A DNA stretch of 59,986 nt from a virus (taxonomy: Duplodnaviria > Caudoviricetes): positions 1 through 59,986 of IMG/VR virus record IMGVR_UViG_3300022746_000173. The stretch is one strand, 5' to 3'. How positions within the stretch are numbered: position 1 is the first letter of the stretch; the number at the start of each line of letters is the position of its first letter. The notes below the pieces were generated by a model. The model did no database searches. It saw only the letters and a list, made by a program, of their open reading frames with translations, and was not told where the DNA came from. The position numbers and the translations under genes are program-made. Of the stretch, positions 36,966-46,119 are shown in pieces.

Positions 36966-37685
36966 ATGAATACTAAAATTTTTGCACTTCTTACTAAAAA
37001 TTTGCAAGATGCTTTTAACCTGCCCAAATACCAACACATAGAAATAGACGAAACTACTGTAGTGGACAAACTACCCTGGACTCCTGCACGATATCGCAAA
37101 TTCAAAGATGCGGTAGAAGCAGAATTAAGTCTACCCTGTGACTATGTAGGAACACTGAAAGAGATTACACATGACCTTAGCGAACGATATATCGACCGTT
37201 TCTTTGGGGAGATTTGGAAGCCTAGAACAAATGACTATGATTACACAGGTTGGCAACTTGCTGACGAGATTAACGCACTTAACCCAAGAAGTGTACTTGA
37301 TGTTGGATGTGGATACCACCCATTTAAAGGCCGTATTAACAATCTTGTGGGAATCGATCCTTACAATAATTGCTCAGATTACATGGTTGACATACTCGAC
37401 TATGTTGGACAGCACGATGTTATTATTGCTTTGGGGTCAATCAACTTCAACAGCCGAGACGAAATAGAATCTCGATTTAAGAAATGTGTTGATATATTAG
37501 ACAAGGGCGGAAAGTTTTATCTACGTGCCAATCCTGGCATTACACACAAGACTGGCCCTTATGTAGACATCTTCAATTGGACTTTTGAAGTGGTCAAGGA
37601 GTTTGGAGACAAATACAATCTTCAGTTAGAAACTTTTAAGAAAGATGCCAATGATAGATTGTACTTTGTATACCAAAAGAATTAA
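36966..37685 (+). CDS. Class I SAM-dependent methyltransferase with extra N-terminal domain
   Basis: VLDVGCG, GID, L..GG; upstream TAAATA at 36905. Confidence 0.8.
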   Translation: MNTKIFALLTKNLQDAFNLPKYQHIEIDETTVVDKLPWTPARYRKFKDAVEAELSLPCDYVGTLKEITHDLSERYIDRFFGEIWKPRTNDYDYTGWQLADEINALNPRSVLDVGCGYHPFKGRINNLVGIDPYNNCSDYMVDILDYVGQHDVIIALGSINFNSRDEIESRFKKCVDILDKGGKFYLRANPGITHKTGPYVDIFNWTFEVVKEFGDKYNLQLETFKKDANDRLYFVYQKN

Positions 37686-38266
37686 CGCACGATGGTAACT
37701 AGAATATCTCTGTTTTCTAGTTCTACTGTGGGACGATACCCAAAGTTATTGTAGAACCAATCAGAGTTGACGTGGCTCCATTGGGCTTGATGTCTATAGG
37801 CAAAGTCCATAATTGCAGCATTTTGTTGACGAATCTCTTTACGCATGTTTGCTTCGTCAATGTAGGCTTTGTAGTTTGGATAGTCCATGTCAAACCCACC
37901 AGCTTTGCACCACCATTCGTAGCTGGTTTCGTCTGGACGGAAAACCAGCAATATCCAATCATTGGGGTACTTTTCTTTAATTGCATCAAGATGGTACGAC
38001 CACTCGTGGCTTTTAATAAGCCGTGTATCGTTTGTGTGTTGCCAAATTGGATCAATGTATGCATCATCTAATATAGCATCAAACTCAAGACCGCGGCCAA
38101 AGTAATTTCCTTTGTTGCCACCTAATGGCCCGCCTACCCGATCGGGTGTGCGGTCTGTGGTGTTAAAGCCCGGAATCATTTCGATGTTTTGTGCAAGGCG
38201 GCTCCATCGGCTACCTGGCACTCCTGTAAAAAATATTCTACTTGGAAGTGTTATTTTGTGTACCAT
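37682..38266 (-). CDS. P-loop/sulfotransferase-like protein (paralog of 35300-35923)
   Basis: GVPGSRWS, IKSH, V.R, WW...GGF...YP.Y. Confidence 0.55.
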   Translation of the reverse strand: MVHKITLPSRIFFTGVPGSRWSRLAQNIEMIPGFNTTDRTPDRVGGPLGGNKGNYFGRGLEFDAILDDAYIDPIWQHTNDTRLIKSHEWSYHLDAIKEKYPNDWILLVFRPDETSYEWWCKAGGFDMDYPNYKAYIDEANMRKEIRQQNAAIMDFAYRHQAQWSHVNSDWFYNNFGYRPTVELENRDILVTIVR

Positions 38267-39234
38267 TTATATGCTGTATCTATAATAGTTTCTATGTCGC
38301 TGTATTTTGGAGTCCACTGAAGCCATTGTTGTGCATCAGTTGCATCAGCTATAAGTGTATCAGGGTCGCCTGCTCTGTTTGGCCCAAAGTTTACAAACGG
38401 TAACTGGTATTTGTCAGCAACGTAGGTAACGATGGTGTAATTGCTAGTCCCTTTGTTAGTGCCTAGGTTAAACACATGGCAATCTGCTACTGCTCCGGAT
38501 GCTGCTACTAATAAGTACTCTGCACCTTTGACATGGGCCTGTGCGATGTCCCATACGTGTACATAATCGCGCACACAGGTTCCGTCTGCGGTATTGTATG
38601 CTGATCCGTTTATTGTAACCGCGCGATTAGCAATACTGGCTTCTAACACACGAGCTACAATGTGTGTAGCACCAGGTTCTTGCCCTAGGTCAAAGTTAAA
38701 GGGTTCTGCACCTGCTGCATTAAAGTATCTAAAACAAATACTGTTGATCTTATATGCTAAGGCATAATCATGCAGTATATCTTCAACCATGGACTTTGTA
38801 TTACCGTATGGACTGATAGGACGTTTTGGGTGTCCTTCCTTTAACGGCAATGCATCTGGATCAGGGTCACCGTATACGCTGGCGCTAGAACTAAACATAA
38901 TCATTGGTGGACGATCCATGTCCTTGATCACATTGAGCATTTTAATTGTCTTACTGACATTGTTTTCATAATAGTCAGCGGGATCAATTACACTTGGTCC
39001 CACTAGGCTAGTGCCTGCACAATGCACAATAAAATCCGGTTGCAAGTCAATTATTGTTGACAATGATTCATCACTTGCAAAGTCATTGATAAAGAATCCA
39101 TCAATGTCTTTTAATGTATGCTCACGTAGTACACGATCAATAATGAATACTTTATCGCCGTTTTGTTTAAACGCTCGCGCGACATGGCTACCAATGTAGC
39201 CACATCCACCAGTAACGATGATTGTCTTAGACAT
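38251..39234 (-). CDS. galE: UDP-glucose 4-epimerase
   Basis: TGGCGYIGSH, YY.NN, FSSSA.VYG, PYG.TK, RYFNAAGA, DGTCVRDYVHV.D.A.AH, R.GD. Confidence 0.92.
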   Translation of the reverse strand: MSKTIIVTGGCGYIGSHVARAFKQNGDKVFIIDRVLREHTLKDIDGFFINDFASDESLSTIIDLQPDFIVHCAGTSLVGPSVIDPADYYENNVSKTIKMLNVIKDMDRPPMIMFSSSASVYGDPDPDALPLKEGHPKRPISPYGNTKSMVEDILHDYALAYKINSICFRYFNAAGAEPFNFDLGQEPGATHIVARVLEASIANRAVTINGSAYNTADGTCVRDYVHVWDIAQAHVKGAEYLLVAASGAVADCHVFNLGTNKGTSNYTIVTYVADKYQLPFVNFGPNRAGDPDTLIADATDAQQWLQWTPKYSDIETIIDTAYKWYTK

Positions 39235-39416
39235 TAGGCCTTCTTTGCTTCGGCCCGTGCGTTCTTAGTTTCGGTAATTTCGTTACGGCGAGCTTTAACT
39301 GCCTTGGCTAATTCCTGTAATGCTTTACGAGCACGAGTGCCTGCTGCATTGTTACCTGCTTCAAACTTTTCGCTCTCTGCTACGTATGCATCGAAGTGTA
39401 CCTTTAAATCTGTCAT
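39234..39416 (-). CDS. Histone H1-like Hc1 family small basic protein
   Basis: KF..GN.AAGTRARK.LQEL.K..K..R.EI...K. Confidence 0.8.
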   Translation of the reverse strand: MTDLKVHFDAYVAESEKFEAGNNAAGTRARKALQELAKAVKARRNEITETKNARAEAKKA

Positions 39417-39430
39417 TTTATTTTCCTTTG

Positions 39431-40096
39431 TTAAGCGTTTAAATTTTTAGTTAAGCCACGCCACTGCTTAACTGTTTCTTTGATGGGAGTTCCATCTTCT
39501 AACCATGCTTTGCCTGTCCACTCTAGCTTCTTCCAATTTGGAAAAGGCCAAGCGTCAATGACAGACATTTCGCATTCGTAAATTCCTAAGTGCACTGGCT
39601 TTACTTTACCATCAAACCAGTCAGTTACTTCTAGTTCAACTTCAACTGGCAGTTCCATGGTATGCACAACTGTGGCAGGATCGATTGTTCCGCTCCACTC
39701 TTGCCCTGTGTCCAAATTGGTCAGCTTCATTGGGCCATTGAAATAGAATTCGCAGTCGTCTTGGCTCCAACCTTCGCTTTCTAAACCCTCATACCATTGA
39801 TCGTTCCACAGCTCTTGTAGACGTTCTTGTTCTTCTTCGGGCATAGTATCCGGAAAAGTCCATTCAGTCCAGCAACCATCGTTGAGCTCATTTAATTCCC
39901 AGTCGTATCCGTCACCGTCAATTTGATAATCGTTGTCTTCGTTTACTAAATCAATTTCGGGTTTGGTATCGCTTTCGCAGATAAACGTACCCCAACGAAA
40001 TCCTTCTAGTTTGCGAATAACTTGGCCATCTTTGTACCATAGCTGTACTTCAATTGCACTCTTTTTATGTTCGGCAGTTAATTCCCACTTAGCCAT
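39431..40096 (-). CDS. Acidic hypothetical protein
   Basis: 221-aa ORF; C-terminal TDWF...KPV..G.YE...W.G..W...WRGL domain. Confidence 0.7.
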   Translation of the reverse strand: MAKWELTAEHKKSAIEVQLWYKDGQVIRKLEGFRWGTFICESDTKPEIDLVNEDNDYQIDGDGYDWELNELNDGCWTEWTFPDTMPEEEQERLQELWNDQWYEGLESEGWSQDDCEFYFNGPMKLTNLDTGQEWSGTIDPATVVHTMELPVEVELEVTDWFDGKVKPVHLGIYECEMSVIDAWPFPNWKKLEWTGKAWLEDGTPIKETVKQWRGLTKNLNA

Positions 40097-40281
40097 TATA
40101 AATCCTTTAAGTTTTTTAACATTACGTATTGGTCAAATAAATTAACCAATTCGGTGTCACCACCTAAGTACCAATCGCTAGCAGCTTTTAGGCTTAGGGC
40201 TTTTAGTTGGTCTTCGGTTAGGTTGGGATATTTCTCCCCAGCTAATGTTAACCAAATATCTTGTTTAGTACTTAGACTCAT
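40096..40281 (-). CDS. Hypothetical protein
   Basis: ATG 40281 overlaps the end of the glycosyltransferase. Confidence 0.55.
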   Translation of the reverse strand: MSLSTKQDIWLTLAGEKYPNLTEDQLKALSLKAASDWYLGGDTELVNLFDQYVMLKNLKDL

Positions 40282-41455
40282 GTGTATGTTTGCGGTAGTC
40301 TGTTGACATACGCAACCACTGTTCGCCTTTGCCTTCGATAATGTCAACAATACGATCTGCTGTGCCACTGGTCCATGCACTGATCTTGCCCATGTTCTCG
40401 CTTGGCTTCTGCAACAGTTTCTCTAGCTTGTCTAGTGCATCTTCTATGCTCCAGGGTACGTACATACGTGTATGATCGTTTGCAAAACTTTCAGGGAAAC
40501 TGCGATAAGCAGGATAAAGTACATTACATCCCAAAGCGTCAGCTTCGGAGACAGTGTTGGAGACCCAATCTTGTAATGCACAATTAAAAACAACACGGCT
40601 ATCGTTAACAATATCATAGTACTGATTCTTTTCTAAATCTTCGTAAATAGTCAACAATCCTGCTGCCTGCATACCACGTGTGCGTTCCATGTAGCTGTTG
40701 TTATTGCTCTTAAGTGCTGCGCCTGAGCAAACTGCAAACTCTACACCGCTACCAGGATGGCGTTCATGCCATGCTTTGATAACATCCATGTAGAAGTCTG
40801 GTTGCTTCTCTTGGTCCCATCGTGCGCTAAACACTACACGATGCTTACGTTCATTAAATGGGCGAACATTGTTGTCAACACGCTCACGCACTTCTTCTGT
40901 GTTAAACACCAAGCCTGAAATGTTGTAGATTGGACAATCCCAACCTGCAATCTTCATGTTCATGACCATTTCTTCGTTGGTTGCCAGAACAGCACCCCCA
41001 GATTTCTTAACAAGCTCGCAAACCATTTGTTCATACAAGCCCATCCATTTGCTCATGCCCCATACGTGGACAAAATCGTCGGGATCGATCGACTGAGCCA
41101 AACACCTAACAAAAATGCGAGGGCGTAGATTATCTGGAACTTGATCGAGGATGTACGGTAATGATTCAATACCCGGCTGAAACATGTCTTCAAAGTAGAT
41201 AACGTCATCTTTAGTTACTGCTCCTTGTTGCATTAATCGAACCAAGTTCATTAGCTGGCTCATGCCAAAGTAACTGCGACCGTGTGCATCAAGCACTTGC
41301 CCAGTTACAATCTTTTGGCTGTTGTCTAGTGTAAGACCTGGAACATAAACAGTTTCAACACCACGGCGATCAAATACACGCTTATTCCATTCTGTTAGTT
41401 GCAGGGTGTAGCGAGCTTTGTAGCTTTCTAGGCCCATGTAATATAGTTTACTCAT
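40265..41455 (-). CDS. GT-B (family 4-like) glycosyltransferase
   Basis: VVF.ARW..EKQP, Y..+...S.V....A.QD.....V.EA...GC....P....FPE. Confidence 0.8.
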   Translation of the reverse strand: MSKLYYMGLESYKARYTLQLTEWNKRVFDRRGVETVYVPGLTLDNSQKIVTGQVLDAHGRSYFGMSQLMNLVRLMQQGAVTKDDVIYFEDMFQPGIESLPYILDQVPDNLRPRIFVRCLAQSIDPDDFVHVWGMSKWMGLYEQMVCELVKKSGGAVLATNEEMVMNMKIAGWDCPIYNISGLVFNTEEVRERVDNNVRPFNERKHRVVFSARWDQEKQPDFYMDVIKAWHERHPGSGVEFAVCSGAALKSNNNSYMERTRGMQAAGLLTIYEDLEKNQYYDIVNDSRVVFNCALQDWVSNTVSEADALGCNVLYPAYRSFPESFANDHTRMYVPWSIEDALDKLEKLLQKPSENMGKISAWTSGTADRIVDIIEGKGEQWLRMSTDYRKHTHESKY

Positions 41456-41873
41456 TTTTTGATTTTCCGCCCAAATTTGGTATAGTTAAGCCAGAATTTA
41501 TTTGACGTAATACTTCTCGATCAATGCTTTGTGCTAGGTTTTGAGCCGCGTTGGTTGAGTAATATGTGTCTGGTACATTCCAGCTTGCCTTGTAATATTT
41601 GTCTTTTTGCTCGGCATAGTGATGGTCACGCTTCATTTCCATCTCTAGTCTGTCTAGTCGACGAATAATGTTATTTTGATCATCTAATACTCGACGTAAC
41701 GGCCCAATTACCTTTTGTCCAGTTTCGGGCGCGGTTAAAATGACCATCATCATTAAACTACGCAAAGCGTTAGTTACACGCTCGTCTCGACTGGTCAGTG
41801 CTTGATCAAACATGTCAACGAACCTGTCCAGATCGAAGTCATCCTGATCTTTCATTCTAGCTGCGCCCGTCAT
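41448..41873 (-). CDS. Hypothetical protein
   Basis: TAATG-coupled 141-aa ORF. Confidence 0.6.
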   Translation of the reverse strand: MTGAARMKDQDDFDLDRFVDMFDQALTSRDERVTNALRSLMMMVILTAPETGQKVIGPLRRVLDDQNNIIRRLDRLEMEMKRDHHYAEQKDKYYKASWNVPDTYYSTNAAQNLAQSIDREVLRQINSGLTIPNLGGKSKNE

Positions 41874-42139
41874 TATCTGTACTTCCAGTTAGTGTTGCGG
41901 TCACGTGGTTTGAACTCAGTACGTTCACGACGTGGGCTACGCCATTGGTCCCATGGTTCGCGACCTTTGGTGTACTTGATGTACTCTGCGTATGCAGGCT
42001 TACGCTCGTTGTATAGATGCGATTCGTCGAATACGTATCCGTATGCTACGCAAAACTTCTTGAATGATTCAAGATCTTCAAAAATGTCCCGAACTTCGGG
42101 TTTCATTTTCAAGTACTTTTGCAAGTGCTCATTTGCCAT
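41873..42139 (-). CDS. Hypothetical phage protein
   Basis: IFEDLE.F..FC..YG..FDE..LY motif; AAGGA SD. Confidence 0.7.
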   Translation of the reverse strand: MANEHLQKYLKMKPEVRDIFEDLESFKKFCVAYGYVFDESHLYNERKPAYAEYIKYTKGREPWDQWRSPRRERTEFKPRDRNTNWKYR

Positions 42140-42148
42140 TTTATTTCC

Positions 42149-42589
42149 TTAAATGCTAATCATTTGTGGGCGGTGAGTTTCATATTTAACGAGTGCGCCG
42201 TTTTCACCATCTTCGGCTACCTCGATCCAGACATTACGTCCAGGATACTTTGCTGAGATTTGCAAGTACAAATCATCTGACATCATTTCACATGACTTAA
42301 AGTCAAGCTGTAGTGTTCCGTCTCTGTAGAGATTTTCGAGCCAGCGTTTAAACTGGATAAACTCAATGTCTCTGTCGTTGTGGAATACGTCGATCCATAC
42401 TCTAAAGTGGAAGATATGGCGATGAGGAACACCCAAGAAAGACACATCATATTCATCGCCGGTCGCCAAAGCGGGATCAGTTGCTGCGGCTGGATATTTG
42501 TGAATACCTTCCTTACGAAAAGTGACCCAGATCTTTCGCTCTGCATTGTGTTTAATTCTTTCGTGCATGTCTCTTTGTTCTTGATTCAT
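42149..42589 (-). CDS. QueD-like T-fold protein, DpdL-type candidate CDG decarboxylase
   Basis: EG.H...LGVPHRHIF (LxxxHRHxF in place of QueD CxxxHGH), RDIEF, SCE, V.EDGENG. Confidence 0.75.
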   Translation of the reverse strand: MNQEQRDMHERIKHNAERKIWVTFRKEGIHKYPAAATDPALATGDEYDVSFLGVPHRHIFHFRVWIDVFHNDRDIEFIQFKRWLENLYRDGTLQLDFKSCEMMSDDLYLQISAKYPGRNVWIEVAEDGENGALVKYETHRPQMISI

Positions 42590-43092
42590 AATGGTTTATC
42601 TTTAGTGTATTGTGACCAATCCGTAAAGGTGGAACGATCTCTAAGGTTGTGTAAGCTATGACACCAGACTCCTGGATTAGTTGCAGCAAAGTCTTTGTCG
42701 TCGAGCTTGATTGTAGCATTATAGCCTAGCAGTTGTACATAGGGCAATTTCACCGAAATCATTGGGATAAAATTATTGTATTCACATAGACTACCTTCAA
42801 CTAACCCTTCCACACAACTAACATCAATGTCTAATGTGCACATGTAACCTTGTTTTAGATAGTGTGCAATCATATTTTCCCACTCATTCCATACTGGATC
42901 GTTTATTGCAGGATTAGGAAAGCTCATGTTGGCACCAAAGTAAATATGCTGACCCGGTTTGGATAACCTAGCAGTGATTTCACTAGTAGGTTGAACACCG
43001 ACAACAAATAGTGTATCCATACCATATGCGGGAGTATGCTCTACTTCAACACCGGTAAAGAAGTTAACATCTTCATGTCCTTGTCTGATCAT
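42586..43092 (-). CDS. Hypothetical protein coupled between the TGT-like and QueD-like genes
   Basis: FTG.EVEHT..G..TLFVVG, HIYFGAN.SF, KLDD.DF...NPGVW. Confidence 0.75.
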   Translation of the reverse strand: MIRQGHEDVNFFTGVEVEHTPAYGMDTLFVVGVQPTSEITARLSKPGQHIYFGANMSFPNPAINDPVWNEWENMIAHYLKQGYMCTLDIDVSCVEGLVEGSLCEYNNFIPMISVKLPYVQLLGYNATIKLDDKDFAATNPGVWCHSLHNLRDRSTFTDWSQYTKDKPL

Positions 43093-44728
43093 TTTCTAAA
43101 TCCTCTAATTTGTTTTCGTTTAAGTCTGGTTCTACGTATTCGAACAAGTGATTAAACAAAGTGTTTGCATTGGTTGTTTTTTCGCCTTTAAAACCTCGGG
43201 TACCAACAATTTGATTCCAATAACCGGTCTTTCTAGCATACTTTGGATCATCGATGATATCTAGTGCAGCTTGCTTAGTGGGTGCAGCAAAGATACGTTC
43301 GACAATGTCTTCAAAGTACTCGTAATCGGCACCATCGTGTCGCATCATTGCTGGATGCTCGCCTGCGTCAAAACGTCTGTTGGCTTCTTGTACAGCAGTC
43401 AAGTGCATCCATACATTGTGACCCATTAGTAGTGCATAGCTAAAACTATCCCACGATGTTGCACCTTCTTTACCTATCTTATTTAGGTCGCCGGGCTTGT
43501 AAACACAAATATCTTTTATTGTCCACATATCACTAAGTGGACTTTCTTCCCAGCTGGGATAGATACCGTCTTGTACTACTCCTTGACTCCACTTGCGTGT
43601 GTCTGTTGAGTATTTTTTATCGTCGGCGCTTGGGGCCATTCGGTAGCTCCATTTGCTGTCGTGCTCGAAGACGTTTTGGAAATAGACCTGCCCATTCGCA
43701 GTCGCCAAAAACGGACTAGCACAATCAAAGCTAATAGTAAAAGAAGGATTGACATATTTTCTCACTGCTCGTTGAATAACTGTGAGTAGAACTGCCCACT
43801 CCAGTTTGCTTGTACCCAAGAAGTGCATCCAATCATGTTTACCTTCTTGTAGTAAGTTGTCGTAACGTAATGCCACTAGTCGTTTTAATACCAGCTGCAC
43901 GTCACACATGTTTTGACCTCCCATGGCCCATCCATCAAAGTGAGTGTCTGGGTATACAGTTGGGTCACAAAACTCTTTCATTTCTTGATACCAGTCTTCG
44001 GCTGACGTATGATTGTCACCTTGTAACACGTTTAAGAACTTGGCTCCGCCATTCTTGACTCCTTTACGATGCTTCATAAAGTATAGGTTGTTGTACTTGG
44101 TTGCTGCAACTGCTTCTTCTAGGGTGCTGATACCACAAGCCTTGCTGGCCTTTTTGTCATGTATAACCCAAGTTGGAATATCAAGAATCATTCCATAGTC
44201 AGCAATACCGTCTAGCCATTTAAGTACGCCATCACGTTTCTTTTGCGCGGCATCTAACAACTTCTGATAATCTGCCAATGGATCAACTACAACAGTTTTG
44301 TTTTTAGCATTGGTTACAGTATGAGTGCCCTGTGCTGTTAACTGTGCAATCTTGTCTTGTACTTCTTTACTGTTTGGATCGCGCCAATCGCCTTCCCAAA
44401 GACCCTTTGCAATCTGGAACCCGCCCGAATCGCCGAGAATAAACGTATCAGGATCTCTATTCCGGACCATATCTTCTGACCAATCTTGCTTTGTAAGGTC
44501 AAGGTTTGCATGACCACCTGAATAGAGACTCCACTTATAAGGGAATAAAGCCTTAGTGGCATTGAGCCAGTTAAGCTGCTCCATATCCGTAAGACCGTTA
44601 GGAAATCTTTTCGGATCGACATAATGTTCGTTCCTTTGTTTACCTACGAATGTAGCATAGAACCCACTGATAGCGGGCAAGAATACTGCGTAATCTTTTT
44701 GTTTATTTGTTAAATTATCTTGGCTCAT
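43073..44728 (-). CDS. tRNA-guanine transglycosylase (TGT)-fold protein; candidate DNA 7-deazaguanine transglycosylase (DpdA-like)
   Basis: TGT motifs in order: DSGGFQ, M.LD.P, VLQG, DG.A.GG, HFLG, FDC..P, HN; no CxCxxC zinc site. Confidence 0.85.
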   Translation of the reverse strand: MSQDNLTNKQKDYAVFLPAISGFYATFVGKQRNEHYVDPKRFPNGLTDMEQLNWLNATKALFPYKWSLYSGGHANLDLTKQDWSEDMVRNRDPDTFILGDSGGFQIAKGLWEGDWRDPNSKEVQDKIAQLTAQGTHTVTNAKNKTVVVDPLADYQKLLDAAQKKRDGVLKWLDGIADYGMILDIPTWVIHDKKASKACGISTLEEAVAATKYNNLYFMKHRKGVKNGGAKFLNVLQGDNHTSAEDWYQEMKEFCDPTVYPDTHFDGWAMGGQNMCDVQLVLKRLVALRYDNLLQEGKHDWMHFLGTSKLEWAVLLTVIQRAVRKYVNPSFTISFDCASPFLATANGQVYFQNVFEHDSKWSYRMAPSADDKKYSTDTRKWSQGVVQDGIYPSWEESPLSDMWTIKDICVYKPGDLNKIGKEGATSWDSFSYALLMGHNVWMHLTAVQEANRRFDAGEHPAMMRHDGADYEYFEDIVERIFAAPTKQAALDIIDDPKYARKTGYWNQIVGTRGFKGEKTTNANTLFNHLFEYVEPDLNENKLEDLENDQTRT

Positions 44729-45338
44729 AATAATAGTTTGCTGATTTAATTAAAGTGTAATCAGCGTAATATCTGTCGATGATCTTAGCACGTAACATAG
44801 GATCTTGTTCGATCTTAAAGCGCATGAAATTAGATAGCTTGTTGGTATCGTAATTGTCTTCGCTGGCGTTACCGACTATAGGTTTATTTAGACCTAGTTG
44901 ATATCCTAAGAAACTTTCTAGATTCATACCCAGCTCGTGATTGAGTTTAAAGTATGTAATTTTTCTATCACCTAGCTGGTTAACAAATTTTACTTGTTCA
45001 GTTGTGTGGTCGTCAAATACAATTTGATCGAATATTAAGCGTTCAGTTAGGCTATTGTAGTCCTCACGAAAGTGATCACTGCCATAACCTTCACCTAATA
45101 ACCAGCTGGCTGCATATGTAGCAAAGCCGCTGATCCAACGCTCTACTGGGTCACGTAGTACAACTATACATTCCTTGATATCAGGGCTGTATACATCATT
45201 GTGGCGCCAATCACTGTCTACAAATAAATTAGTTAGATAGGTACTAGCATTCTTAGGAATGTTTAGGTAAAAAATCCCAGTAGGGGAAAGTAATCCACTA
45301 CCGGGTCTATACCCCCTAGATACTAAGTTATCTAACAT
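44715..45338 (-). CDS. Sulfotransferase family protein
   Basis: 5'-PSB-like IPKNAST and 3'-PB-like VLRDPVERWISG, H...Q, Y..D. Confidence 0.8.
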   Translation of the reverse strand: MLDNLVSRGYRPGSGLLSPTGIFYLNIPKNASTYLTNLFVDSDWRHNDVYSPDIKECIVVLRDPVERWISGFATYAASWLLGEGYGSDHFREDYNSLTERLIFDQIVFDDHTTEQVKFVNQLGDRKITYFKLNHELGMNLESFLGYQLGLNKPIVGNASEDNYDTNKLSNFMRFKIEQDPMLRAKIIDRYYADYTLIKSANYYYEPR

Positions 45339-46069
45339 TACTTTTGTTGAGCAGGGATAATGTATGAATATTGTGCAATACCGCTGTCAACGGTGATCAT
45401 TGATGCGCCTTCGTCACTGATTTTAAATGTCTTGTCGCCAGGCAATCCAAGGATGCTGATAACAGCATTAACAGGCCAAGCCCATGCTTTGGTTAATGTG
45501 CCAGTTACGTTGTTGTCAAATACAAAGTTACCTGCGTGACTTGATGCATCACCAAAGAAAAACTTTAACGCACCGTTTTCAGTTTTGGCAGTAAACGTAG
45601 TTTCTTCGCTGTTGGCACTGGCCATGAACTTCATACGTTGAATGCTTGCATTAGTTGGAACCATATCTACGTTCCACTTAACACCTTTGAACTTAATTGC
45701 CTTGAGTTTGTCGTTAACAACTTCAGCCATCATAAAGCGATAGTCGTTTTTAAAGTCGCCGTTTTTGTTTTCAAAGTGAATACCGACTGGTACTTCTTCG
45801 TTGTTGCGAACTTGTTTGTTGATGCTTAATTGTGCATCTTCTTTGTATTCTGGAATATTGAGAATAGTGTTTAGCTTGTTCAAGTTTGGCATACCAAATG
45901 TGCCAACAAACTCTGGCACAGGGTTTTTAAATTTAGCTTCAACAATAACGCTGCGGTCTTCTGCAATAGCGTTGATGCTGGTGTCGTTACTGTCTCCGGT
46001 AACTTTTACCAAATCAATCATGCCTAGTCCAAAGGTGTGTTGTACGATATCTGATAAGTAATCTTTCAT
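45338..46069 (-). CDS. Probable DNA polymerase sliding clamp (gp45/PCNA-like)
   Basis: 243 aa with two-domain alpha/beta pattern, FG+.NL..L..+L, C-terminal ISDEG....Y.YI.P; near the polymerase; TAAATA and GGAG upstream. Confidence 0.65.
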   Translation of the reverse strand: MKDYLSDIVQHTFGLGMIDLVKVTGDSNDTSINAIAEDRSVIVEAKFKNPVPEFVGTFGMPNLNKLNTILNIPEYKEDAQLSINKQVRNNEEVPVGIHFENKNGDFKNDYRFMMAEVVNDKLKAIKFKGVKWNVDMVPTNASIQRMKFMASANSEETTFTAKTENGALKFFFGDASSHAGNFVFDNNVTGTLTKAWAWPVNAVISILGLPGDKTFKISDEGASMITVDSGIAQYSYIIPAQQK

Positions 46070-46119
46070 AGTTTCTCCATTAATAAGTTAGTATACAGGT
46101 TTGTATTTAGGTCTGTCAA

